Below the pieces are notes generated by a model, which was given only the letters and a program-made list of their open reading frames with translations, was not told where the DNA came from and did no database searches. A stretch of DNA of 64,000 nucleotides from Eledone cirrhosa (Eukaryota): assembly GCA_964016885.1 (NCBI GenBank), contig OZ024740.1, forward strand, positions 115,692,001-115,756,000, read 5' to 3'. Both the position numbers and the translations under genes were made by a program. Positions 27,882-40,770 of the stretch are shown piece by piece. Positions within the stretch are counted from its first letter, which is position 1. Every line of letters begins with the position of its first letter.

Positions 27882-30172
27882 TTAGATTGGTCCGATTTTT
27901 AGAGCATTAAGTAGAGGTTGGAATTTGTTAATGAAATATGTTTCCTTATTGGTACGTTGGATGAAAGTAGCGTTGTCTATGAATTTGTAAATGGGGAAAA
28001 TTTTAAAGTTTGTAAGTTGGTTGTGAGCACAATTGGCGATATGTTCACTAAATGCAATCTTTCTGTATTCCTGTATTTTAATTTGTGATTTATGGACGGT
28101 CATACGTTGACGGAGGCTGTTTTTTTGTCTGTCCTATGTAGTGCTCTTGACAACCTGAGCAGATCAAAATATAGATTAGGTTTTCAGATGCACATGTAAA
28201 GTAGTGTTTAACTGTGAAACGCTGTCCTTGTTTAAAATGGAATGTTGAACCGTCTATTAGATTTATGCATATGCACAGTTGGGCCTTTCGCATTTTGTTA
28301 CTGTAGGGTTCATTGTGAGGGTTTGTTGGATTTTGGCTTGTGTGAGGATGTTTTTTATGGATTTAGGTTGTCTTTTGCTCTTTATGATGTTGTGTGTTTC
28401 GAGGATTTTGTTCATTCTTGGGTCTCTTTTTAGTAAAGGAATGTTCTGGAGGATGGTGTCGAATGCCTCATTGTTGAGGGGGTTGTGTGTGGAAATGTAT
28501 GGTAGAGTTTTTTGTTGCGGTTCATTCCTGGGTTTGGGGTGTCTGAGTTCCTGGATGTCTAGTTTTAGGGCACGTTGGAATCCATTGGTGATTAGGGATG
28601 GTGGGTAGTTTCTGCTGATAAGTGTAAATACACATGTGTATCATGTGTATTTATCTGAAACTATTGTACAGATCCTTCTGGATAGGTTATAAGGAATTGC
28701 CATTTTGGTGTGTCTAGGGTGGCACGAGTTGAATGGAAGGTATTGTTTGGAGTCTGTGGGTTTGTAGTATATGTCTGTTTCTATTTTGTTGCTTGTTTTC
28801 TTGATGAGGATATCGAGGAAAGGGAGTTGTTCATGGCTGTAATCCATTGTGAATTGTAAGTTTGTGTTGAGTCCATTCAGAAGGGTTTTAAACTCAAACA
28901 GTCTATCTATACTTTCATGCCAGAGGATGAAGCAGTCGTCCAGATATCTCTTCCAGTTCTTTTCTATGTGTTGGTAGAAGTGGTTGCCGTATTTGTCTAG
29001 AACTTTACGGTAGAGAGTGGTTTCCAAATATCCCATGACAAGGTTGGCGTATGAGGGGGCCACTTTCGTGCCCATGGCAGTCCCAGATTTCTGTCTGTAG
29101 TATTTGGCATTGAATTCGAAGAAATTGTTTTCCAAGATGAATTTGAGTCCCTCCAAAACAAATTCTTTAGGGATGCGCTGTGGGAGTTCACTGGGGAAAT
29201 TTTCAATCCAGAATTGTATTGCCTCTATACCTAGGTTGTGTGGGATATTGGAATATAAATTGAGGACATCAAAGGTTACTAGTAGGGTATGTTCATTATT
29301 AAGTGTTGTTGGGAGGAGGTTGAGCATGTCAAGGTCGTCCCTTATGAAGCTTTTTATGTGTTTTAGGAAAGGTTTAAGCAGAATATCTAGGAAGTTGCTT
29401 AGGCCGTGGGATTCACATGTGGTGCCTGCTATTATGGATCTTAATTTAAGGTCACAGGAGGGGCTATATTGATGTAAACGTCTGTCTTGCTTGCAGGCCC
29501 TACCTATTACTTCGCTTTTGTGTGTCTTGGGGATACCGTAGAAGAGGCTGGTTCTGCTTTTGAAATTGGTGATGTAGTTGTATTCCTTGTCTGTAAGGCC
29601 TTCTTTGTAAAAGGCTGTTAGGGATTTTAGGTTTCTCATTATTTTCGGTTGTGTGTAGTGTTGGGCCTTTTCATAATATGTTTGGTTTTCTAGAGTTGAG
29701 AGTACTAGAGTTGTGTAATAATCTGTCTCCATAAGGACTACTGCACTCCCTTTATCTGCCTCTTTGATTGTTAGGGTTTTGTCGTTTTTTAGACTGTTAA
29801 GACCATTCCATTCTTTTTTGCTTAGGTTTGGTTTTTGTTTATGTCTGTGTAGGTGGTGGTATGGGTAATTAGTAATGTGTTCGCAGAATTGATCGAGGAA
29901 TTTATTCTTGCCTTTTGGTTGCTTCTATTTCTGGCTGAGTCATCCCCATTGTATTTGTCGTATAGTTGTTCGCTGAGTCTTAGTTTTCTACAGAATTCTG
30001 CAATATCTTCCTTCATTTCGGGGTAGTTTGGTTGTTGGGGAGTTGGTGTAAATTTTAGACCTTTGGAGAGTATGTTGATTTGGTCTGTTGTTAATTCTTT
30101 AGATGCATTTTGTGTCTCCTGTGTGTTTTGTGTTATCTTATAATCCTGTGTTTGTGTGCTGTGTCTAAAAAA
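27882..30172 (-). pseudogene. PLE D RT + GIY-YIG (frameshifted)
   Basis: Fragments 29822-30016, 28641-29732 (WKRYLDD), 28090-28293 (NLIY..YIGQT), 27882-28103; collinear with PLE A. Confidence 0.9.
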
Positions 30173-31726
30173 TGATTACGGAAGTTGTGATGGCTGTTGA
30201 AGTTTGGATGTCTCTTATAGTTGTGCTGGCCCCTGCTGTTGTTGTAAGATGGTGTGTAGCTGTGGTGGTTGTTGAGTTTAGGTTGTATTATGTGATTGCA
30301 TTGAGCCCTGCTGATGTTGTTGTAGGGTGTGTAGATTTGATGGACGTGGTTATAGGGTGTGAAGTTGTGGTGGTTGTTGAAGTTGGGTTGTATCGTATGG
30401 TTGTGTTGAGCACTGCTGTTGTTGTAGGGTGTGTAGACTTGGTGGTAGTTGTAGTAGGGTTGTCTTGTGTGGTCATATTGAGTCCTGTTGTTGCTGTTTT
30501 ATGGTGTGTAGCTATGGTGGTTGTAGTGGTTAGGGTGTCTCGTGTGGTTGTATTGTCCCCTGCTGGTGTTGTTGTAGTAGGATGTGGTTAGTGGAGGAGG
30601 GTAGATTATGGTTTCCTTATAGCTGGTGTGTGGTTGTGAGGCCCTATGTGACATGTGTGGTAGTTGTGTATTTTGGGTTCTATGTTGGAAGTAATGATGG
30701 TTGTGGGTTTGTTGTGTGGGGATGTTAGGGGGGTTGTAAGTGTGGGGGATTTTATGGTTTCTCCTGGTGGGAGAGAAGTTGTAGTGTCTATCTTGTAGCT
30801 GATGTTTCTCTATTACTATATTTGTTGCTTGGGAGTCCGTGTGGTAGTTGTGTGGAGGATGTAGGAGGTAGGGGCGAGGTGATGCCTTCTTTTGTTGGTA
30901 TGTGGGGAGGTATTGTTTTTTTGTTGTTGGTTGGTTGTTGTGTGGTGTTTGGGTGTTGATTGAGTTTTCTTGTTATTATTGTTTTAATGAAGAGGTTCTT
31001 GGATGTGTGTTCTTTTTGGAAAAGTGTTTCATAGTTAGAGAACCAGGTTTCGTTTATTTCCCAGCGTTGAAGGGATTTTAATTCTTCCTTATTACAGACC
31101 TCTAACCATAATTTTGAAATATTTTCTCGGGTGGTGTCTTTGGTTATATTGATAATTGCTAGATTAATCTCATCGTCGATTGATTTTATCCTATCTTCAT
31201 TTGCTTGGGCTCTCAATTTAAGGAGTTCAATTTCGTTTTTTATGTTATCAAGTGCCATTCTTTCCCTGAGGTGTCTTTGTGTCTCTAGTTCGTTTGGGAT
31301 ATATTTAATTTGTAGTTTGCGGGGGATGATTAATGGGGATGAGTTAATCCATTTTTCATAGATCTCCGCTTTGTTACTGTTTTGTATCATCTTCCAAAAG
31401 GAGAATTTCCTGTTATTAAGAGATGTGTACCATTGTGGTATTAATTTATTTTTTATTTGGTAAGTTGTAAGTGCATTAGTGTCATGCGTATTTTCATTCG
31501 TTTGAATAGGGTTTGTGTTGTTATTCAGGTGTGTTTTTATTGTTTCACATAAGTTATTGATATTGTCGTTGATTTCATAGGATGTGTATTTGGAGATTAT
31601 TTCTTCACTTGTAGAGTTAAGTTTGTTGGTGAGTATTGACAAATTAGAGTTCATTTTTTGTAGTTCTTGGAGTATCTCTTGATTGATGCTAATGAGAGTG
31701 GAGTCTGTTTTTGTTCTAGTAGGCAT
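30133..31726 (-). pseudogene. PLE D upstream ORF1: helical/coiled-coil-like N-half and H/N/Y/P-rich repetitive C-half
   Basis: ORF 30788-31786 (likely start MPTRTK) continues after an apparent frameshift near 30920 into a frame open, apart from one TAA at 30499-30501, to HFLDTAHKHRIIR*. Confidence 0.65.
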
Positions 31727-31795
31727 TTTCTGTATCTCGTGTGGGGGTGAATAATAATAATAATATAATGTGGAGAGGAAGCACACGAGTTAGGA

Positions 31796-31838
<43 letters not shown>

Positions 31839-32782
31839 GAAAACAGGGAGAAAGACACGATTATTAGGAAGAAAAATATTTTTTTTTCTTTTTTTGTTTT
31901 TCTCTCTCTCTATATATATATATAGGGTTTTTCTGAAGTCTCGGCAATATTTGGGGTTCAAATTGTTAAACTTCTACTAATATAGTTTGTTTGTTTTTTT
32001 AGAAAAATAAAAGTATTCTTAAAATAAAAGTTTAATAGTTTTAGTTTTATTTTTATAAGACTCGATAATATGAGGTTCATATCGTAACTCCAACTTTAAT
32101 ATGTTATTCTTAACCTAGTTATATATATATATTCGGGTACAACTTCTGATTTAGCCTAAGAAAATATCTATATGCGTGTGTAATTTATACAAGCATATAT
32201 TTATTTTTTTTATTTTCAATTGAGTTCTTAAACACGTTGGATTGATAATGTTTTCAAAAAAACTAATTAACCCGCGTGTATATTATTTTTTTTCCTCATT
32301 TCGTGGATCGTGTGTTGTCTCCCCTTCCCGCTTCGTGTCGCTATGATACTTCCTCAGTCAAAAACTGCTGGAATTTCAAATTTGGCGATCATTCGAGGCG
32401 AGAGAGAGCAACTTTACGGACATGATTTTTGACAGTGGTAAGAAATTGTTTTCTTATATCAATGTTTAACGGGCTTCCACTGATGATTTATAAGTGCCCA
32501 CCTAAATATATTCTTACATGAATATATATTAGGCTTCTACATAAACTGGAAAGATTCTCCCAAACTTGTAGAAAACTTATAATGAAACAATTGTTTGGAA
32601 AGAGAGATATACTTTAACTTTAATTATATCTCATAAAATAATACAACTGGTTTTTCCACATTATACATATTGTTAGCACCCCAAACACTTAAATTGGGTT
32701 TATATTTTAATATAACCTAATGTTTGTTGAGTGAGATGGTTACCAGTCAGAGTTTAGCTTTAAACTATCTCTGTTATTGTAT

Positions 32783-32862
<80 letters not shown>

Positions 32863-32871
<9 letters not shown>

Positions 32872-33486
32872 AATATGGGGGAGAAGAATACTGCATGGTT
32901 GCACATGGATAACATGTTATAAAATGAGTCCCTCATCAGTGATTTGCCAACGATCATTGGTATTTCATCGCATTAAAAATCATATACCTCACGTTGGAGC
33001 GATAATAACTAAAATAAGTTATTAGGACAATAGAAACGCGTAAAGCGAGTGAGACAAGTAAACAACACAGGGGAAAGCTAACCGAAGATGGAAATAAACA
33101 CAAGCAACATGGTTATTCTTTCAGCATAAGCTGTGTGAATATATGTGCGAGTTAGAAACAGACCTTTCGCTAGTGAATCCGATGTTAGAAAGAAGGAAAA
33201 TCGTTTTCGAAGCGAACGGGAGGAAGTAAGAAGGGGAGAAACAGGGACTGAGTGAGTGGGAGTGCGAGGAAGAGGTCAGTAGAGAGAAAGTGTTAACTGA
33301 CATGACAGAGGGGACGAAAGAAAGTAAGAGAAACAGAGAGAACGAGGGAGCAGTAAGAGAGAAAGAGAGAAACACAGAATCGCAGTTTAGGTAAATATAT
33401 GAAAAATATGGGGAGAAGAATACTGCATGGTTGCACATGGATAACATGTTATAAAATGATTCCCTCATCAGTGATTTGCCAACGAT
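32863..33486. mobile_element. (TA)n-flanked non-coding element with ~91 bp terminal direct repeats (~533 bp period)
   Basis: atatgaaaaatatgggg...gatttgccaacgat at 32863-32954 and 33396-33486. Confidence 0.7.
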
Positions 33487-33889
33487 ATATATATATAGAT
33501 ATATAGATATTAATAGTAATAATAATAAATGTAAAGACTAAAATCCAAAGAGGGCTCGATAAGGATAAATATATATCAAATATATAAGGACCCTAGAGCA
33601 AATATTTATTAAAATAACCGATTAAAGTTTAAGCAAAGAATCGCTGCTTTCACCCTTAACGGGATATTCTGAAACTAAAAAAAATCAATCTGTGAACGTA
33701 GAAGTAAATTTTTCGAAATATTTTATATATACAGTATATATAAAGGAAAATAAAAAGAAAATTGAAATATTCTTTATTATTTGGGATTTGTTATATGGAA
33801 AAGGTTGGAAACCACTGCAATGCCCCCCCCCCCCCCGATCCACCTTATTTTCATTACTTTATTTTATTCTTCCTTTTTATTATGCGAAA

Positions 33890-34223
33890 TACAGTGTGCC
33901 CCCACATTCGCGGAATTTTCCTTAGAACCTAACTAATAATTGTTCGTGGAAACAACCGCATATTCGCGTAATCATAAATAGCTTCCGCGAATAAAGTACC
34001 AGTAAGATATTGGGGTAATTGCTGGCCTTGTGCCAAAAGTAGAAACAATTATATATTTTTTCAGGCTTTTTAACGCTAAATTATTAATAACAATATACCG
34101 TATTTACCGGCCTGTTTTGACGTTTATAGGCATTTTTATAGACCACGTCCAATATTCGCTGTTTTTCACTCTTCGCGGGTGCTCTAGGAACGTAACCCCC
34201 GCGAATACCTAGGGACAACAGTA
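33890..34223. mobile_element. pogo/Tigger-like MITE with an internal SINE fragment
   Basis: ta-cagtgtgcccccacattcgcgg ... ccgcgaatacctagggacaacag-ta imperfect TIRs. Confidence 0.55.
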
Positions 34224-36107
34224 TTTATCTAAAGTTTTGTGCTAAAAATATTCCGATTTTTAAGAAGATAACTTATAAAGAATTAGATAAAATTTAATTT
34301 TGCTAGCATTAGTTAAACGATGGTAATGTAAAACACGTAAATAAACAAAGCGTTGTGGTTAGGGAAAATTTCCATTGACCTGACCGTGACCTTTTCAAAC
34401 CGCGTCAAATCTAACGGCGACGGCGAAGATAGTTTTATATCTACTTTATGTAAGAAAGGGGAGGGGAAAGAAAGAAGAGGGAATAGAAATGAGAAAAACA
34501 GAAAATGAGAGGAATAAGGAAAACAGAATGAATGAGATAAACTGTGTGTATGTAAAAAAAATTAGTGGTTCAGCATTTTATGTTATTAATTATTTGTTAT
34601 AAATAGTTATTAATTTGACACCTTTAGATAGGCTGACTGGTGAGACGGATGTGGTTAATGAGAGAGGAAGACAGAGTGGGAGTGATAAAGGAAAAAGAGA
34701 AATGGAAATAAAGAGAGAAAGAGAACTAAAGAAACAAAGGTAAACACATGGGGTGGCCTTGGGAGAGAGGGGGATAGAGACGATGAGAAAGAGCAATATA
34801 TATTGGTTAAATGTCAAATATTTTTGACAAATTTACTATAAAATTTACTATAATCAACATCATTGTTGCTTCGCGGTGCCGGCGGACTGAATTATTCTGG
34901 AGCTCAGCAAGGAAGATGTGCTGATCGTGCCAGTCCACCTTATGATTTTCGTTCTTGCGAAGGGTAATCTCCCTTTGGAGTCTTATGCGTTCAACATAAA
35001 TTAATCTATCAGTTAACGACCAGTAGTTTGTGAATTTACGCTGAGAGAATAGAAGTGTATGTAAAAAGAGAAAGGATGAAAGAAAAGATAATACAAATTA
35101 ACGGTCCCAAACTGGGGTCCACGGACCCCCCTGTAGGTTCGTTAAGGTAAATCTGGGGATCCATAAGCTAAGTTCAGTTACAGGTATTTTGTTAAAAACA
35201 TAATAAACCAACACTTTTAGGAATCCAGTCATCCTCGAATATTTTCTTTTTCATTATCTATTATTATCATTGTATGACAATCTCGGAAGGGATTAATTGC
35301 AGCAATGAAGGGATTCATTTAAATAAAGGGATCCTTTGTGAAAATGTTGGGAACCACTAATATATAGAAGGTGGGGGCAAACATGATAAAGCAGACACGA
35401 TCAAAGGAGTTCCAACCGTAACCCCGTTTTTTTATTCTAGACTCTATGAAACCCGGATTACATTATCCAATGACTTTTCAAGATGGTAGGAAGCTCCATA
35501 CATAACCATCCCTCTTTTTAAGGTTTTGTCTTGGTATTTGTTCTAGCTATCTGTGCTCTGAGTTCATATCCCGCCCAGGTCAGCGTTGCCTAATATTCTT
35601 TCGCGGTTGGTAAATAGAGTACTGCGGTAGATTGGTGGAATTAATTTTTAAAATCGGATAAGATGATTTTCAGTATCTGTTCTGCTTCTGGGTATTCTCA
35701 GTTCAAATCCTGTCTCCTGACACCAGAAAAGTGGTGACGCTTTAGCCAGGAGTTTCGACTGACAAATATTATCAGTAGCGGAAAGCAGGTTCCCCGGTCC
35801 GGTCTAATGAACAGCTGCTTTCTCTTATAAAGTGTTCCTTTTTTTTAAAAAAAAAAGAGAAGAAATAAAAAGACGACAGTCCGTGGTTTTGAATGAAATT
35901 TGACTGCTATAGTTCTAGTGATCGTGTAGTAAAGACTCCCTCTTTGGTTCAATGGAAACATTGTTAGCGTCTTTGCTGTGTGATTAAGAAATTCATTTCG
36001 CAGTCACATGGTTGTGGGTTCAATCCAACTGTATGGTAGGTAATTCGGGCTTCTTCTAATATAGCCAATAATACATTGGAGGTGATTCAATGAGCTTAGC
36101 ATCTTCT

Positions 36108-36365
36108 TGTAGCGGCCCCTTACGTCTGTAACTCAGCACGTATAGGAATTGCATCCCTTTGCGACGGTCGCGACTCCCAGTGGCAGATACGTATAGGAGT
36201 TGCGTCCCTTTGTGACGGTCGCGACTCCCTGTTGCAGATCCATGTACTAAATGGAGTTGCGTCCCTCTGGGGACTATATATTTGAGGACAATCAAGGCAC
36301 AACGCTCATCTGCATTTATTGTCATTCTTGATAATTTATATACGCCTGATACTAATATCCTAAAT
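36108..36365 (+). repeat. 5' LTR of a Gypsy element, with an internal ~51 bp tandem repeat
   Basis: Starts TGTAGCGG, ends just before the PBS; repeat tataggarttgcrtccctttgygacggtcgcgactccc twice plus a partial third. Confidence 0.6.
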
Positions 36366-36366
36366 T

Positions 36367-36377
36367 GGTGACCTGAC

Positions 36378-36379
<2 letters not shown>
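36367..36379 (+). promoter_or_regulatory. primer-binding site complementary to the tRNA-Trp 3' end
   Basis: tggtgacctgacg versus expected TGGTGACCCCGACG. Confidence 0.65.
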
Positions 36380-36411
<32 letters not shown>

Positions 36412-37841
36412 TGGGAAATGGTACTATGTGTATATAAAAAAAACGAAGAAAACAAAAAACATTTAATACAGAACAACACACTTGATTCTGATATGGCTGT
36501 ATTGACGGATCTAAACATATTTCTCTGTAATACTTAACATCAAACTCTTCATATGTGCAAAACGAACATCCAAATTATTTACACACAAACAAACCAATTG
36601 TATGAATGTTTTTTCTTTTTTTTTCTCCTTTTCTTCTTTTCTTCTTTTCTCTGGCTAAAAATTTTGAGGATGACAAGATGGCATTTTCTTCTCCATCAAT
36701 AGTGTTTTTGGCGCGGAATAGTCCGCCATGTTGGTTTTAGTTTTAAATTCCCTGCCTCTACCTTGTTAATGACATCGCTCGGTTAGCCGCTCCTTTGCAT
36801 ATTGTCTCGGATGAATTCTTTTTCCTGTCCAGTTGTTTGACAGAGAAAAACAAGCGATTTTGTTTTCCTTTTCCCTTGTGTTGGAGACATTTTTCCAAAC
36901 GGAGACGATTTTTTTTTTGCAGATAATCTACGGTATAACAATGGCATCTCATTCAGCCATTATGGCGATGCAGAAGTCCATTCAGGAACTCACCCTGGAG
37001 CTCCAGAAGATGAAGGTCTGGTGTGGTGCCCGTTCGCGCCCGCGCAGCCGCGGGAGATCTCAATCTTTTAGACGCTGTCCCAAATCACCAGCTTCATCTT
37101 TATGCTGGTACCATGAGCGATTTGCCGAGAGCGCGAACCACTGCGTGCAACCTTGCTCGTTTCATAAGGCGGGAAACGCCAAAGAGGTCCGCTGATGGGG
37201 GCAGTTGACCTCAACATAAAGCCACCAAATCGCCATTTCTTCATTAAGGACCTTAGGTCGGGAAGAGGTTTCCTCGTGGATACAGGAGCCTCCTGTAGTA
37301 TTTGGCCGGTCCATTGCCTGAAAGGTAGAGTAATCCGTTACTCTGCAGGACGTTAATCACTCGTCTATAAAGACGTACGGGCAAATCTCGCTTCCACTCA
37401 AATTCCTAAATCTTCGTAGGGATTTTAAGTGGATTTTTACGGTTGCCGATTTGCCATACCCTATCTTAGGAGCGGACTTCCTCCACAACTTCTCTTTGAC
37501 TGTGGACGTCCGTGGCCAACGCCTGGTGGATGACATCACCGGTTTCTCAATTCGTGGCCGGAAAGCCAATGCTCCAACAGTCAGCCCCATATTCTTCATC
37601 GCTGCCGCTGGAGACGCCTACCATTCGTTGTTAGGTTCTTTCCCGGAGCTCACCGATAGAAATTTTTGAGTCAGTGAGCCAACACACTCAACTGAACATT
37701 TCATTTCCACCACCGGTTCTCCAGTGTTTTCGCGTCAACGCCGCTTACCGGCGGACAAATTAAAGGCAGCACGGTCCGAGTTCGACCATATGCTGCAGCA
37801 TTATTCGCCCATCTACGAGTCCTTGGGCTTCACCGTTACAC

Positions 37842-40140
37842 ATGGTGCCCAAGACTTTCGGCGACTGGAGACCCACTGGGGATTATAGGAGGTTAAATGC
37901 TATGACCATCCCGGATAGGTATCCCATTCCCCATCTCCAGGATTTCGCATCTTCATTGCAGGGGTGTAAGATTTTCTCAAAACTAGATTTAGTGCGAGCC
38001 TACCACCAAATTCCGGTCAGGAAGGAGAATATTCCGAAAACGGCGATTACAACTCCTTTCGGATCCTTCGAATTTTTTACCATGCCTTTCGGACTCAGGA
38101 ACGCCGCTAGCACTTTTCAGCGGTTCATAGATGAAGTCACTCGTGGTCTAGACTTCGTTTATGCTTACATAGACGATATTCTCGTCGCTAGTTCCTCTCT
38201 GGAAGAGCATATGCGCCACATGCATTTCTTATTTCGGCGACTTGAGGATTACCGCGTTCGTCTGAATCCCGCAAAGTGTGTTTTAGGTTCCACTTCGCAA
38301 AATTCTTTAGGCCACCTCATCGACGCCGAAGGTATTAGGCCGCTCCCTCAGCGAGTTCAAGCCATACAGGATTTACCTCCGTCTACTACACTTCACCAGT
38401 TGCGTCACTTCTTAGGCCTAATCAATTTCTATAGGCGTTTCGTTCCTCATTGTGGTAATTTGCTATCTTCCCTTACTGACATTTTGAAAAATCGTCGTAA
38501 GAAGAATGAGGATATTTCCTTGACACAAGGACAGCTTCAAGACTTCCACACTGCCAAGACAGCACTCGCTAGTTCATCTTTACTAGCCCACCCAGTACCA
38601 GAGACCAAGCTTTCGCTTTGTGTTGATGCATCTGATACCGCTGTGGGAGCAGTTTTACAGCAGTACAACGCTGGAAACCAACAACCTTTGGCATTTTTCT
38701 CAAGGAAGCTGAAACCAGCAGAAACGCGTTATAGTACCTTTGGGCGGGAATTATTAGCCATATATCTGTCGGTGAAACATTTCTCTCATATTCTTGAGGG
38801 GAGAAATTTTACTGTTTTAACCGACCACAAACCTCTGACCTTCGCTTTGAGGGCTAAAGCCGACAGATATTCGCCCAGAGAGACAAGGCACCTGGATTAC
38901 GTTTCGCAATTTACAAATGATATCCAGCACATTGCTGGTTCGCATAACATAGCTGCAGACGCATTGTCACGTTTGCCAATCAGCTCCATCTCGTCATCCA
39001 AGGAGATCGACTTAGGTCGTTTAGCTGCAGACCAACCTGCACTCCAATCGTTGGATACTCTTTCTGTCGAATTTGCGACTTGCATCTTCAAATATCTGCC
39101 TTTGTCGACCACCGACAGGCAGATTCTATGTAATGTATCTATGGATACACCACGACCATTTGTTCCTGAGACTCACCGTCGAATTGTATTCCTTGCTTTG
39201 CACAGCATTTCTCACCTAGGAATTTCTGCCACAGTAAAGCTTATAACGGCTAGATTTTTTTGGCCCAATATGAGGCGAGAAATTACTGTCTGGTGCCGTT
39301 CCTGCACACAGTGTCAGAGATCTAAAATCCACAGACACATCCGGACTCCACTTGGTACTTTCAGAACTCCAGATGCTCGGTTTCAACACATCCACATTGA
39401 TATCGTTGGACCTTGGCCATTCAGCAGTGGATATTCGTATCTCTTGACCTGTATCGATCGTTTTTCGCGATGGCCTGAAGCCATCCCCTTAAAAGATATA
39501 ACTGCTGAGACTGTAGCGCGTGCCCTGGTGTCAGGGTGGATTACCCGCTTTGGGGTACCAACTACAGTCACCACAGACAGTGGTAGACAATTTGAGTCTC
39601 ATCTTTTCTCTGAGCTCACAAAGATCATTGGCGCTCAACGGATTCGGACCACAACCTATCATCCTGCTTCAAACGGAATGGTGGAATGATTCCACCGCCA
39701 ATTAAAGGCCGCTCTTCGCGCCTATCCAGACTCTCAACGTTGGAGCGAGTACCTTCCTATTGTGTTGTTAGGAATTCCGTCGTCAATAAAGGAGGAGCTT
39801 GGGTTCTCCCCGGCCGAATTACTGTATGGTGCTCCTCTAGCGTTGCCTGGGCAAATGCTTGTCCCTGTTGATCTTGCTTTCCAAGACCGTTTCCTACGTA
39901 TCTCGTTTGCGCTCCTATTTTCAGGACTTACCGCCAATGAATACTAGGAAACAAACTATTAAAGCTGCAGTCCCGAGGGATATTGCCTCGTGTACACATG
40001 TATTCGTCAGAAACGATGCGGTTACTCCACCCCTCACACAACCGTACTCTGGACCCTACACTGTGTTAGCACGTACTGACAAACATTTCACTGTAGATAT
40101 TAAGGGGTCCAGAGAGACAATTTCGGTGGATAGACTAAAA
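37842..40140 (+). pseudogene. Gypsy pol: RT (YIDD), RNase H, integrase; premature stop at 39687-39689 and a later frameshift
   Basis: [42 protein letters not shown]...[19 protein letters not shown]. Confidence 0.95.
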
Positions 40141-40529
40141 AGGGCATACAATGACGCTCATACACCCGAGCCACAAATACCCAATCTTTCTCTCTTGTGC
40201 ATACACCTGCTCCTTCTGCCGCACCTTCACCTACATACAAGACCACGACCCGTTCCGGTCGTCTTCTTATAAAGCTAACGGAGAAGCTTCTCGAATGAAA
40301 GAGAATTAATAGTTAGCGGTAAATAGACCTGCTAGAAATAGTAGCCAAATATTTCTCAAACTACGTCCTACTGTCTTTAATTGAAATGGTGAAAAGTAAA
40401 GAAAAATTCAAAAGGTGAACATCTTCAATGAAGAAGCGGGTTCCTTTCATTTTAGATTCAGTTGAATTCACTTTCATTTTCTTGTCTGCGATTTCATATG
40501 TAAAAGGCGAAAGATTTATCCACTCGAGG

Positions 40530-40770
40530 TTAGAATGTCTAAGAAAAGAATCGTTGGTCAGATTTTACGGGCAAAGCCAAGTGGCATGAGACCCAAAGGT
40601 AGACCGCGAGCAAGATGATCGAATAACAATCATGAGTTCGGTTGGTCTCGCTTGGAGATCCAACAGGATCAATTTGGATATGGTTACTTGTAAACAGGAA
40701 CCATAGGAAGGCAACTGAGGATTCTTCCCCAACGACCCTCCCAAGAAGAAGAAGAAGAAGAAGAAGAAGA
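40530..40770 (+). mobile_element. 3' end of a non-LTR retrotransposon (RTE-like) with (GAA)n tail
   Basis: RPKGRPRAR-type C-terminal motif, then aagaagaag tail. Confidence 0.55.

Larger units (their letters stand above)
27231..31912 (-). mobile_element. Penelope-like element D (related to A), near full length, two-ORF, degraded
   Basis: ~73 bp terminal direct repeats 27231-27303 and 31838-31912; ORF1, RT and GIY-YIG fragments; HHR in the 3' pLTR; (TA)n flanks. Confidence 0.9.
36108..40275 (+). mobile_element. Ty3/Gypsy LTR retrotransposon, gag partly deleted, no 3' LTR seen
   Basis: gag end (CWYH..F...A..C..PC) 36940-37195; protease FLVDTGA at about 37270 and ILGADFL; RT-RH-IN. Confidence 0.92.

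Noticed and set aside
36140-36275. CRISPR-like spaced repeats
   Set aside because: Simple tandem repeats in a Gypsy LTR; no unique spacers or cas genes; eukaryotic context
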